A stretch of DNA of 64,000 nucleotides from an uncultured Oscillospiraceae bacterium (lineage in GTDB: Bacteria; Bacillota; Clostridia; Oscillospirales; Oscillospiraceae): assembly GCA_910588365.1 (NCBI GenBank), contig CAJUQS010000087.1, positions 39 through 64,038 on the forward strand, read 5' to 3'. Below are positions 1-9,163 of the stretch, in pieces; position 1 is the first letter of the stretch, and every line of letters begins with the position of its first letter. Position numbers and translations under genes: made by a program. The notes below the pieces were generated by a model. The model did not search any database, had not been told where the DNA came from, and saw nothing but the letters and a program-made list of their open reading frames with translations.

Positions 1-1
1 G

Positions 2-676
2 CTGGTCTACTGCGCCGACTGCGGCTCCAAGATGCAGTACGGTTCTTCCAACAACGGCGATTTCTCTCAAGACTTCTTCGACTGCTCTCTGCACAAGAAG
101 AACAGGGAGAAATGCGGCGGGCACTTCATCCGGGTGAAGGTTCTGGAACGCATGGTTTTGAAGCATATCCAACTGGTGACGGACTACATTCTGCGGTATG
201 AGGCCCATTTCCGCATGGTCATGGAACAGCAGATGAAGCTGGAGAGCGCGGAGAAATTGCAGGTCATCCGCAAGCAGCTCAGCCGGGACGAAAAGCGCAT
301 CACCGAACTGAAACGGCTCTTTATCAGGATTTACGAGGACAACGCCAGCGGGCGCTTGAGTGATGAACGGTTCGATATGCTGAGCCAGAGCTACGAGGCG
401 GAGCAGAAGCAGTTGGAGGCCGAGGTCATCACCCTGCGGCAGGATATTGAAGTACAGGAACGACAGAACGAGAATATTGAAAAGTTCATCCAGAAAGCGC
501 ACAAGTATGTGGGTATCGAAACGCTTGACCTCTATGCCCTCCGGGAACTGGTGCAGGCCATCTATGTGGAGGCCCCGGACAAGTCCAGCGGCAAGCGCCG
601 TCAGAGCATCCACATCAAGTATGACGGCATGGGCTTTATCCCTCTGGATGAACTGATGAAAAGGGAAACGGCGTAA
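2..676 (+). CDS. Large serine recombinase, C-terminal portion (5' end outside window)
   Basis: Frame is open from the window edge (LVYCADCGSKM...). Cys-rich zinc-ribbon motif followed by a long coiled-coil region, typical of large serine recombinases of integrative elements. Stop at 674-676. Confidence 0.8.
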   Translation: MVYCADCGSKMQYGSSNNGDFSQDFFDCSLHKKNREKCGGHFIRVKVLERMVLKHIQLVTDYILRYEAHFRMVMEQQMKLESAEKLQVIRKQLSRDEKRITELKRLFIRIYEDNASGRLSDERFDMLSQSYEAEQKQLEAEVITLRQDIEVQERQNENIEKFIQKAHKYVGIETLDLYALRELVQAIYVEAPDKSSGKRRQSIHIKYDGMGFIPLDELMKRETA

Positions 677-741
677 CCGAAGTCACGCCGCCCCTTGAAA
701 ACACAAGGTTTTCAGGCTTTTGCCTAATACTGTTTTACGAC

Positions 742-771
742 CACCGCCCATTTTACCGGAGGCGGTGTTTT
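742..771 (+). terminator. Rho-independent terminator downstream of the recombinase
   Basis: Stem CACCGCC (742-748) / GGCGGTG (761-767) followed by TTTT. Confidence 0.55.
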
Positions 772-847
772 GTGTAAGGCTGACAGCCCATTTCAGGTTA
801 TTGTATTTCTTTGTGTCCCTGTTAAAGCCTATTTCTACCTATTTTTA

Positions 848-2236
848 CTACACATGGGACGGCCGGGGAGAAGGCTCCGGCAGGGGGAGCGTCCGCCGGT
901 TCTGCACCCAGTAGGCCGCGATCAGGAAGATCATCATCAGAACCCAGGTGACAGGCTCCGTGACACAGGTCCCCAGAAAGCCCAGCCGCGGAATCAGCAG
1001 CCACGCGGACAGGATTTTCATGGCAAGCTCAATGCAGCTGGAGATGACCGGCGCGGTTTTCCGCCCCATGGCCTGCATGGTGGTACGCAGGCAGAGCAGC
1101 ACCGCCAGGGCCGGGAAAAACGAGAGGTGGAGCCGCAGGCTGAGCACCGCGTTCTGCACGGTTTCCTCATCCGAGGTCCCTGTGGTGATCCGCACCAGCG
1201 CGCCGCCGAAGATCCACGCGGCACAGCAGGCAAATATCCCCCACAGCAGCTCCAGCCCGATCACCTTCTTCAGCGCCTCTCTGATGCGCTCCAGCTTTTT
1301 CGCGCCCCAGTTCTGCCCCACAAAGGTGGAGTTGGCGGTGGCAATGGTCCCCAAGGGCTGCATCATGATGCTCATGAGGCGCCGGGAGGCGGTGTGGGCG
1401 GTGATATACGCCTCTCCCAGCAGGTTGTTTGCCCGCTGGAAGATGGTTGAGCCCAGATCCACCACGCAGAGCATCAGCGCCATAGCGAAGCCGGTGGAGA
1501 GCAGGTCGGGCAGCAGGGGGCCGATCTGCCGGAAGTGCTCCCTGCGGGGGAGGTACTCCCGATAGCACCGGAAGGTGTAGAGTCCGCAGAGGAGGGCGGA
1601 GATGCTCTGGGCAATGACGGTGGCGGCAGCGGCCCCCGCGAGCCCCAGACGGCATCCCATAACCAGGGCAAGGTCCAGCCCAATATTGACAAAGCAGGAA
1701 ACAATCAGGAAATAGAGGGGCGACCGGCTGTTCCCAAGCGCCCGGAGAATGGCAGAAAACATATTGTAGCAGACCGTGGACAGCATTCCGCCGCACAGAA
1801 TGGCGATGTAGGTAAACGCCTGGGAGAAGATCGCCTCCGGCGTGTTCATGTACCCCAGCAGCGGCCGGAGGAAGAGCAGGGAGAGCCCGGTCACCGCGGC
1901 GGTCACCGCCATGTTCAGCACCATCATTCCCGCGATGGACCGCCGGAGCCCCTCCTGGTCATGGGCGCCGAAATGCCTGGTCACCACAATGCCGTACCCG
2001 CTGTTCATGCCGATGGCGAGGTTCACCAGCAGGTTGTAGAGGGAAGATGTTGCGCCCACGGCGGCGATGGCGGAGTCCCCCAGGCTGTGGCCCACCACCA
2101 TCGTATCCACCATGGTATAGAACTGCTGAAAGATATTTCCGATAAACAGGGGGACCGCAAAGGCCAGAATCAGGCGGATGGAGTCCCCCTCTGTCATATC
2201 CCGAACCCGCATGGCGGGCTTTTCTGCTGTGTTCAA
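848..2236 (-). CDS. MATE family efflux transporter
   Basis: 462-aa polytopic protein with MATE-type sequence (FAVPLFIGNIFQQFYTMVDTMVVGH...). TTG start 9 nt after AAGGAGG. Confidence 0.9.
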   Translation of the reverse strand: MNTAEKPAMRVRDMTEGDSIRLILAFAVPLFIGNIFQQFYTMVDTMVVGHSLGDSAIAAVGATSSLYNLLVNLAIGMNSGYGIVVTRHFGAHDQEGLRRSIAGMMVLNMAVTAAVTGLSLLFLRPLLGYMNTPEAIFSQAFTYIAILCGGMLSTVCYNMFSAILRALGNSRSPLYFLIVSCFVNIGLDLALVMGCRLGLAGAAAATVIAQSISALLCGLYTFRCYREYLPRREHFRQIGPLLPDLLSTGFAMALMLCVVDLGSTIFQRANNLLGEAYITAHTASRRLMSIMMQPLGTIATANSTFVGQNWGAKKLERIREALKKVIGLELLWGIFACCAAWIFGGALVRITTGTSDEETVQNAVLSLRLHLSFFPALAVLLCLRTTMQAMGRKTAPVISSCIELAMKILSAWLLIPRLGFLGTCVTEPVTWVLMMIFLIAAYWVQNRRTLPLPEPSPRPSHV

Positions 2237-2495
2237 GGTTTGATGCCTCCTTAAAACCTGTATTCACAACCGCTGAACACTGTCTGGCCAGTCTTTTTCC
2301 AGCCATACTGCATCGCTTTCCCTTGTCTGGCAGGAAAAGTCCTCGTCCATCCGGCATCCCGCAGTTATGAATACAGATTCTTATTTACAATACGGCCATA
2401 GGCCGGATGATTTCGCATTATATGGAAAAGCGGAAAAAAAGTATTTCATTTTCGTTGGATTGGTTGTATAATTATTTTATAAAAGAGGTGGAGCA

Positions 2496-3233
2496 ATGGC
2501 GGAAAAGGCAGTGAGCGAAAAGGCGCTCCAATACATGGAGCTCCTCAACCGGGAGACCGGAAACCGGCACCACACAGACACCGAGGACATGCGGCAGTAC
2601 GAGCTGCTGCGGGCCGGGGACCCGGGGGCGGTGGACGAGGCGGTTCGGATGTTCTCCTCGAGTCTGCCGGGGCACGTCTCGGACGACCCGGTGCGCAATG
2701 ACAAGTATCTCTTCGTGGCCAGCGTCACTCTGGCCTGCCGCGCGGCCATCGCGGGCGGGATGGAGGCGGAGCGGGCCTACAACATCAGCGATCTGTACAT
2801 CCTGAAGATGGACCAGCTGGATCGCGTGGAGGAGATCCGGGCGCTCCACGGGGAGATGTTCGCGTTCTACACGGCGGAGGTGGCAAAGCTGGACAAGAAG
2901 GCCGTCTACGCCAAGCCCGTTGTCCTCTGCCTCGACTACATCTATGAGCACCTCCACGAACCCATCCGCGTCAGCTCCCTGGCGGAGTTCGCCGGGCTGA
3001 ACCCCAGCTACCTGTCCACGCTGTTCAAAAAGGAGACAGGCGTCTCCATATCGGCGTACGTCCTCTCCAAGCGGATGGAGGCGGCGAAAAATATGCTGAA
3101 ATTTTCGCCGTACAACTATGCGGAGATCGCCGCCATGCTGGCCTTCAGCTCCCAGAGCCACTTTACCCGGGTGTTCAAGGTGCAGACCGGCTATACGCCC
3201 AAGGCCTATCGGAACCGCTTCTACCGAAGATAG
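2496..3233 (+). CDS. AraC family transcriptional regulator
   Basis: C-terminal AraC HTH (LAEFAGLNPSYLSTLFKKETGVSISAYV...FSSQSHFTRVFKVQTGYTPKAYR). Divergent from the MATE gene. SD GAGGTGGAG. Confidence 0.85.
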   Translation: MAEKAVSEKALQYMELLNRETGNRHHTDTEDMRQYELLRAGDPGAVDEAVRMFSSSLPGHVSDDPVRNDKYLFVASVTLACRAAIAGGMEAERAYNISDLYILKMDQLDRVEEIRALHGEMFAFYTAEVAKLDKKAVYAKPVVLCLDYIYEHLHEPIRVSSLAEFAGLNPSYLSTLFKKETGVSISAYVLSKRMEAAKNMLKFSPYNYAEIAAMLAFSSQSHFTRVFKVQTGYTPKAYRNRFYRR

Positions 3234-3236
3234 AGA

Positions 3237-3273
3237 CACGCCCCATGCCGGCACAAAACCGGCATGGGGCGTG
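3237..3273. terminator. GC-rich hairpin between convergent genes (terminator-like)
   Basis: 15-bp perfect stem CACGCCCCATGCCGG / CCGGCATGGGGCGTG with a 7-nt loop. No clear U-tract. Confidence 0.4.
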
Positions 3274-3323
3274 TGTCGCCGGGCCGCTTCCGCTGCGCGG
3301 CAAGGCAGGGGCCGCTTCTCCGG

Positions 3324-3527
3324 TCAGGATGGCTCCTCCTCCCAAAACAGGTCGTCCAGCGTCTTGTCCAGAACCCGGCAGATGGCGATGCACAGCCGGA
3401 TGGTGGGGTTGTAGTCCCCCTGCTCAATGGCGTTGATGGTCTGGCGGGAGGCCCCCACCAGCTCCGCCAGGGCCTGCTGGCTGAGCCCCTTGGCCGCCCG
3501 GGCGGCGCGGAGGCGGAGATTTTTCAT
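3324..3527 (-). CDS. XRE family HTH transcriptional regulator (67 aa)
   Basis: MKNLRLRAARAAKGLSQQALAELVGASRQTINAIEQGDYNPT... Internal ATG chosen. ATGA overlap with the upstream membrane gene. Confidence 0.85.
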   Translation of the reverse strand: MKNLRLRAARAAKGLSQQALAELVGASRQTINAIEQGDYNPTIRLCIAICRVLDKTLDDLFWEEEPS

Positions 3528-4075
3528 ACCCCACCGTCCTCGTTTTTCATTCGCTTCCGGCGGCGTTCGTCGAACAGCGCCAGGGCCAGCAGAACCACGA
3601 TATCCGCCCAGAGGAACACGTAGGCCACCCGCCATACGCCGCCCTTGCTCCAGAACATGCTCTGCCAGACAATCAGGGAGGTGACCCACACTGTTCCGCC
3701 CAGGGCGGGCCGCCCATCTTTCCAACTGCTCCACGCATCCCGGAAGATGCACTCCGCCGTCCAGATCAGGTGTGCCATGAGCAGTCCCATGAGCACCATG
3801 GGCGACACCTCATCCGTCCAGGCCCGGCCGCCCCGCACATCCAGCGCCGCCCAGACAATGAGATACACCACCAGGGCGCACAGCGCGTGGACGCCGGCCT
3901 TCGCCTGGGCAATCCGCTGCCGCTCGTCAAAGCGGCCGCGTCCCTTCTCCTCGTCCTTCTGGGCCTCCGTCCAGCACTCGTGGATAGATGCCGTGATAGG
4001 CCACAGCCCGCAGGCCACGGCCAGCACCACAAAGAACAGGAAGACCGCCAGTTCCAGATTTTCTTTCATTTTCAT
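3524..4075 (-). CDS. Hypothetical integral membrane protein
   Basis: 183 aa with several hydrophobic helices. Translationally coupled to the XRE gene. No family recognised. Confidence 0.7.
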   Translation of the reverse strand: MKMKENLELAVFLFFVVLAVACGLWPITASIHECWTEAQKDEEKGRGRFDERQRIAQAKAGVHALCALVVYLIVWAALDVRGGRAWTDEVSPMVLMGLLMAHLIWTAECIFRDAWSSWKDGRPALGGTVWVTSLIVWQSMFWSKGGVWRVAYVFLWADIVVLLALALFDERRRKRMKNEDGGV

Positions 4076-4140
4076 CAGCCTCCTTCTGTCTGTACTGTAT
4101 CATATATCAATCTATTTGTCAATTATATTTTACATATCAT

Positions 4141-4177
4141 TCAAAAGAACACGCCGGATGCTCCACCCGGCGTGTTC
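4141..4177 (-). terminator. Rho-independent terminator after the aminopeptidase operon
   Basis: Stem GAACACGCCGG (4147-4157) / CCGGCGTGTTC (4167-4177), followed on the minus strand by TTTTGA. Confidence 0.55.
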
Positions 4178-4235
4178 CTCCGCATCTTGGCACCATCTCT
4201 GTTACCGCAGGAGCGGCAGACAGAATATTCCATAA

Positions 4236-4298
4236 GCAAAACGGAGTTTTGCGCAAAAATTCTTTTTTGGTTCTTTTTTTCTTTTAAGAAAAAAGAAC
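4236..4298 (+). repeat. Family-1 bipartite hairpin repeat, copy A
   Basis: Short hairpin GCAAAACGGAGTTTTGC (4236-4252), linker GCAAAAATTCTTTTTTG, long AT hairpin GTTCTTTTTTTCTT..AAGAAAAAAGAAC (4270-4298). Abuts the aminopeptidase stop codon. Confidence 0.85.
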
Positions 4299-5684
4299 TT
4301 AGTTCATATACACAGCCTTGCAGGCCTTGTAGGTCATATAGCAGTCCAGCTTGGAGACCACCTCGAAGGGGGCGTGCATGCTCAGCACCGGCACGCCGGC
4401 GTCCAGGGTGTCAATGTTCCGCTTGGCCATGAAGCCAGCCACGGTGCCGCCGCCGCCGGCGTCGATCTTGCCCATCTCGGCCATCTGCCAGATGACGCCG
4501 TCCGCGTCAAAGATCCGGCGGGCGTAGGCCACCACCTCGGCGGAGGCGTCGGAGGCGCCGCTCTTGCCCCGGCTGCCGGTGTATTTGCACAGACCCACGC
4601 CGTAGTTGAGGCGGGAGGCGTTGTTCTTCTCAAACACGTCGGCGAAGTTGGGATCAAAGGCCGCCGTCACGTCGGTGGACAGGCAGAAGCTCTTCTCCAG
4701 GCACACCCGCACGGGCACATTCTGCACCGCGCACAGATCCTCCATAAAGGTATCAAAGGCGGCGGTCTGCATACCGGACACGCCGGTGGAGCCAACCTCC
4801 TCCTTGTCCGCCAGGATGCACACGGAGGTCTTGGCGGGGATCTGCTCCAGATCCAGCATGGCCTTCAGCGCCGCGTAGCTGCACACCCGGTCGTCGTGGC
4901 CGTAGGAGCCGATCATGCTGGCGTCCAGGCCGATGTCCGTGGCATTCGCGGCCGGCACGGCCGAGAGCTCGGCGGAGATGAAGTCGTCCTCCACAAAGCC
5001 GTACTTCTCGTAAAGCCGCTTCATGACCGCCAGCTTCACCCGGTCCTTCTCCTCGCCCTCGATGGGCTCGCTGCCCACCAGCAGGTTCAGCTGCTCGCCG
5101 GTGATGCCCTCGGCCAGGGTCTTCTTGTTCTGCTCCGCGCCCAGGTGGGGCAGCAGGTCGCTGATGACCAGCTTGGGCTCATTGCCCTCTCCGATGGTCA
5201 CGGGAACGGTCCGGCCGTCCTTGAGCGCCACCACGCCGTGGAGCTCAAGGGGGATGGTCACCCACTGGTACTTGCGTACGCCGCCGTAGTAGTGGGTCTT
5301 GAGGTAGGCCAGCTCGCTGTCCTCATAGAGAGGGGTGGGCTTCAGATCCAGACGGGGGCTGTCGATGTGGGAGGCGGTAATCTGCACACCCTCCGCCAGG
5401 CTCTTCTGGCCGATCACGGCCAGCAGCAGCATCTTCTCACGGTTATTCAGGTAGATCTTGTCCCCGGCCTTCAGCGCCATGCCGCGCACGTAGGGCTGGA
5501 AGCCCTTCGCCTGGGCCAGGCGGATGCCCTCCGCCACGCACTCACGCTCCGTCTTGCCCGCGTCCAGGTACGCCTTGTACTCCTCGCAGTAGGCGTTCAT
5601 GGCTCCACGCTCCGCGGCGGGCATCCGGTCATAGCCGTTCTTCTTCCCGGACAGGAGTGTCTCCTTCAGCTCTTTCAGTTCCAT
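4299..5684 (-). CDS. M18 family aminopeptidase
   Basis: Motifs HIDSPRLDLKP and GSYGHDDRVCSYA. ATG at 5684 is preceded by GGAGGAG with a 9-nt spacer. The frame stays open upstream into coaE. Confidence 0.85.
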   Translation of the reverse strand: MELKELKETLLSGKKNGYDRMPAAERGAMNAYCEEYKAYLDAGKTERECVAEGIRLAQAKGFQPYVRGMALKAGDKIYLNNREKMLLLAVIGQKSLAEGVQITASHIDSPRLDLKPTPLYEDSELAYLKTHYYGGVRKYQWVTIPLELHGVVALKDGRTVPVTIGEGNEPKLVISDLLPHLGAEQNKKTLAEGITGEQLNLLVGSEPIEGEEKDRVKLAVMKRLYEKYGFVEDDFISAELSAVPAANATDIGLDASMIGSYGHDDRVCSYAALKAMLDLEQIPAKTSVCILADKEEVGSTGVSGMQTAAFDTFMEDLCAVQNVPVRVCLEKSFCLSTDVTAAFDPNFADVFEKNNASRLNYGVGLCKYTGSRGKSGASDASAEVVAYARRIFDADGVIWQMAEMGKIDAGGGGTVAGFMAKRNIDTLDAGVPVLSMHAPFEVVSKLDCYMTYKACKAVYMN

Positions 5685-5702
5685 TGCGTTGTTCTCCTCC
5701 AT

Positions 5703-6290
5703 TCTATTGATTAAGAGATCCTTGAACAGATCTCCCATCTGCCTCTTAAAGACCTCGCGGTCCTCCCCCCGGTTCTCCACCAGGAGGGTGCAGTGCTCCC
5801 GGTAATAGCTCTCCGGCTTCTGGGCGGCAATCCGCGCCCGGGCCTGCTCCACGCTGAGGCCGTCCCGGGCCATGATCCGCCCCAGGCGGACCTCGCTGGC
5901 CGCCGTCACTGCTACCGTCAGATCGCACAGTTCTCCTAATCCTGATTCTACCAGATTGACCGCGTCAATAGCAAGTCCTTTTTGTGAACATTTTTGAATT
6001 TTTTGTTCCACAGCGGCGCACATCACCGGATAGACGATGGCGTTGAGCCGGTCCAGCTCCCGCCGGTCGCCGAAAACCCGCTTCGCCAGCGCCCTGCGGT
6101 CCAGATCTCCGTCTGGCAGGAACACCGCCCCGAAGGCCTCCGTCAGGGCCCGCCGCAGATCATCGTCCTCCCGCAGCCGCCGGTAGTACAGCGCGTCGCA
6201 GTCCACGATCTCGAACCCCAGCTCCGCCAGGGCGGTCAGGGCCGTCGTCTTCCCTGCCCCGGTAGGGCCGGTGATGCCGATGATGGTCAT
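5703..6290 (-). CDS. coaE: Dephospho-CoA kinase (no stop codon; reads in frame into the aminopeptidase)
   Basis: MTIIGITGPTGAGKTT P-loop and about 196 aa of CoaE-like sequence. ATG 6290 overlaps the tsaC stop (ATGA). No stop codon before 4299. Confidence 0.85.
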
Positions 6291-7315
6291 CCCTTCCCCT
6301 CCCCCAGGCCGACGATCTGGAAGCCGGCGGCCTTCTTCAGCCGGTTGGCCACCGCCAGCCCCAGTCCGCCCTCCCCGGGGCACTGGGCGAAGATGGCCTC
6401 CACGCCAGTGCCGTCGAAGAAGCGCAGGGCGTCAAAGACCCGCCGGGCCTGCTCCCCCTGGTCCCTGCTGGAGCCCATAGAGCGCACCACGCAGCCGGGG
6501 AACTGATCCCGGTACTCCTCAAAGCAGATCACCCCGGTATGCTCCCCCAGGTGCCGGCGGATATACCCGGCCGTCCGCCGGGCCTCCCCGGTGACGACGG
6601 TGACGGGGGCCCGGGGGGCGTAGTGGCGGTACTTCATCCCCGGGGCCCGGGGCTTCTCCCCGGCGGCCAAGGGGGCGGTCACCGCCTTGTCCACGGCCAC
6701 CTCCCCCAGCACCTCCTCCAGGCTCTCCAGGGGCAGTCCACCGGGCCGCAGCAGCCTGGGAATGGATGTGGTCAGATCCACGATGGTGGACTCCACCCCC
6801 ACGCCGCAGGGGCCGCCGTCCACGATTGCGTCGATCCGCCCGTCCATGTCCTCCGCCATATGGGCGGCACAGGTGGGGCTGGGACGTCCGGACAGGTTTC
6901 CGCTGGGCGCGGCCACGGGCACCCCCGCCGCGCGGATGATGGCCAGGGTGACCGGGTGGTCCGGGCATCGGACCCCCACGGTGTCCAGCCCGGCGGTGAC
7001 GGCGTTGGGCACGTTCTCCCGCCGCCGGAGGATCATGGTCAGGGGCCCGGGCCAGAATTTCTCCGCCAGGGTGTAGGCCGCCGGAGGGATGTTGCGGCAG
7101 TACCGCTCCAGCCATGTCTCATCCGGTATGTGGAGAATGAGGGGGTTGTCCTGGGGCCGCCCCTTGGCCTCGAAAATACGGCGGACCGCGTCCGGGTTCA
7201 GGCCGCTGGCACCCAGGCCGTAGACGGTTTCCGTGGGGATACCCACCAGGCCGCCCTCCCGGAGGATGGCGGCGGCCGTCTCAATATCCTTTTCTGTCAG
7301 ATGCTGCGTCTTCAT
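6287..7315 (-). CDS. tsaC: L-threonylcarbamoyladenylate synthase (Sua5/YwlC type, with C-terminal Sua5 domain)
   Basis: GGLVGIPTETVYGLGA...KGRPQDNPLILHI motifs. 342 aa. Confidence 0.9.
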   Translation of the reverse strand: MKTQHLTEKDIETAAAILREGGLVGIPTETVYGLGASGLNPDAVRRIFEAKGRPQDNPLILHIPDETWLERYCRNIPPAAYTLAEKFWPGPLTMILRRRENVPNAVTAGLDTVGVRCPDHPVTLAIIRAAGVPVAAPSGNLSGRPSPTCAAHMAEDMDGRIDAIVDGGPCGVGVESTIVDLTTSIPRLLRPGGLPLESLEEVLGEVAVDKAVTAPLAAGEKPRAPGMKYRHYAPRAPVTVVTGEARRTAGYIRRHLGEHTGVICFEEYRDQFPGCVVRSMGSSRDQGEQARRVFDALRFFDGTGVEAIFAQCPGEGGLGLAVANRLKKAAGFQIVGLGEGKG

Positions 7316-7339
7316 GGAAATGCCTTTCTGATCGTTACC

Positions 7340-7930
7340 ATTGGGGCTTCCAGCCCCACACCCCAGGTACCTTTTCCCCCGCAGGAAAAGGTACCAAAAG
7401 TGCGCCGGGGGAGGGCCCCCGGTCCCCCGGCATCGCCCTCCGGGCGATACTCCATTCTTTGTTTAGTTGCCCTTTGCTGTAGCTGGGCTGATTCTACCGA
7501 TGGTGCTTACCCTTCGTCTGCCGGACTTCTGCGTCTACCCGCGGGTCCTAACGATAGGCGAAGCAGCGGGGGAGTGCGGCGCAAGTTTACTGCGCAGCGA
7601 TTCGGAGGATCCCCTTTGCAGGCTCTGTCCCTTTAAGAGGCCGGCAGGCGGAGTTGGTTGACCGCCAGACCACTAGATCAGAACCCCGAAGGAAACTTTC
7701 GTTCACGGGGCACCGCAATTCTTCGCTTGCAGGTGTGTCCGAAAAACCCCCGGTTATTTTGGGGGACCGGGGGATACCCCCGGCGCATTTTTGGTTGCTT
7801 TTTGTGCGTACAAAAAGTAACCGCGGGGTGTGGGGGCGCGAAGCCCCCACTTGTCTCGCGTCATTCGGCAGAGCCGAACGACCGCTCGGGCGGTGCAAGC
7901 ACCGCCTTGGACCGCGTAGGCCCCACCCGT
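7340..7930. repeat. Mosaic of family-2 GC-rich repeat modules (ORF-free)
   Basis: Hairpin GGTACCTTTTCC..GGAAAAGGTACC (7366-7395) and an inverted partner GGTTGCTTTTTGTGCGTACAAAAAGTAACC (7793-7822). Each is flanked by GGGGC..GCCCC hairpins. Module 7857-7906 recurs at 24.47-24.58 and 25.16-25.21 kb. 7695-7750 matches the reverse complement of 24335-24400. Confidence 0.8.
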
Positions 7931-7933
7931 CTT

Positions 7934-8096
7934 AGAGCCTGTTTAACATCTCCCCGCGCCCGCCTTGGCGGCATATTTTCCGCCCTGACTGCGTTAAAAA
8001 TCCTTGCAATCCGTCAGGATTGCTGCGGCTTTTTGCCTTGCAGGACATAAAATCTATCTCGCCAATCCGCACACGCTGAGATATTAAACAGGCTCT
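7934..8096. mobile_element. MITE-like element, 163 bp, with terminal inverted repeats
   Basis: AGAGCCTGTTTAACATCTC (7934-7952) is inverted relative to GAGATATTAAACAGGCTCT (8078-8096). No ORF. The same end sequence is at 63978-64000 and the internal part recurs at 60062-60160. Confidence 0.65.
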
Positions 8097-9163
8097 TACT
8101 CCCCAGCCTCTGCCAGTCTGGCGGCCTGATCCGCGGTGACCAGGGCGTCGATGATGGGATCCAGCCCGCCGTTGATAACGGAATCAATGGAAAAGTTCTT
8201 CACATCCCCTGTCAGCCGGTGGTCCGTGACCCGGCCCTGTGGGAAATTGTAGGTCCGGATGCGCTCGGATCGGTCCCCGGAGCCCACCTGACTGCGCCGC
8301 TGAGCGGCGATGGCCGCGTTCTGCCTGGCCTGCTCCGCCTCGTAGAGCTTGGAGCGCAGAATCTTCATGGCCTTGTCCTTGTTCTTGTACTGGCTGCGCT
8401 CATCCTGGCACTCCACCACCACGCCGGTGGGCAGATGGGTGATGCGGATGGCGGACTCGGTCTTGTTGATGTGCTGGCCGCCGGCGCCGGAGGAGCGGAA
8501 GGTGTCGATCTTCAGATCGCCCGGATCGATGCTGAACTCCACCTCCTCCGCCTCCGGCAGCACAGCCACCGTGGCGGCGCTGGTCTGGATGCGGCCGGAG
8601 GACTCGGTCACCGGCACCCGCTGGACCCGGTGTGTCCCGCTCTCGAACTTGAGCCGGGACCACGCGCCCTCGCCCTCCACCAGGAAGCTGATCTCCTTCA
8701 GGCCGCCCAGCTCCGTCTCGCTGCGGCCCACCACCTCCAGCTTCCAGCCCCGGCCCTCCACGTACATGGCATACATGCGGAACAGATCCGAGGCGAACAG
8801 CATGGCCTCCTCGCCGCCCACGCCGCCGCGGATCTCCATGACCACGCTGCGGCTGTCATTGGGGTCCCGGGGCAGCAGCAGGAGCTTCAGCTCCTCCCGC
8901 AGCCGCTCCATGTCCGCCTTGGCGGCCTGCATCTCCTCCTGGGCCATCTCCTTCAGCTCGGGATCCCCCAGGAGCTCCTGGGCGGAGGCCAGATCGTCCT
9001 CCGCCCTGCGGTAGGCCCGGTAGGCCTCCACCACCGGCTCGATCTCCTTCTGCTCCCGGGTCAGGCGGCGCAGAAGGTCCGGACTGCCATAGGTGGCCGG
9101 GTCCTCCAGCTGGCTGGAGAGGGCCTCGTAGCGGTCCGCGATGGTCTTCAGCTTATCCAGCAT
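8096..9163 (-). CDS. prfA: Peptide chain release factor 1
   Basis: GGQ motif (SSGAGGQHINKTESAIRITHLPTG) and RF1-type sequence. 355 aa. Confidence 0.95.
   Translation of the reverse strand: MLDKLKTIADRYEALSSQLEDPATYGSPDLLRRLTREQKEIEPVVEAYRAYRRAEDDLASAQELLGDPELKEMAQEEMQAAKADMERLREELKLLLLPRDPNDSRSVVMEIRGGVGGEEAMLFASDLFRMYAMYVEGRGWKLEVVGRSETELGGLKEISFLVEGEGAWSRLKFESGTHRVQRVPVTESSGRIQTSAATVAVLPEAEEVEFSIDPGDLKIDTFRSSGAGGQHINKTESAIRITHLPTGVVVECQDERSQYKNKDKAMKILRSKLYEAEQARQNAAIAAQRRSQVGSGDRSERIRTYNFPQGRVTDHRLTGDVKNFSIDSVINGGLDPIIDALVTADQAARLAEAGE

Noticed and set aside
6291-6383. 31-codon N-terminal extension of the coaE ORF in the ORF track
   Set aside because: The extension overlaps the tsaC 3' end and is Gly/Arg/Pro-rich. 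The ATG at 6290 forms an ATGA overlap with the tsaC stop and begins the conserved MTIIGITG P-loop N-terminus.
7440-7700. Housekeeping RNA (tmRNA, RNase P, SRP or 6S) in the ORF-free prfA-tsaC gap
   Set aside because: Neither strand has a tRNA-like 3' end or tag ORF, the GGAAAGUCCGGGC-type RNase P core, or the GGAAGCAGC SRP domain IV motif. Parts of the segment are repeated elsewhere, which points to repeat mosaic DNA.
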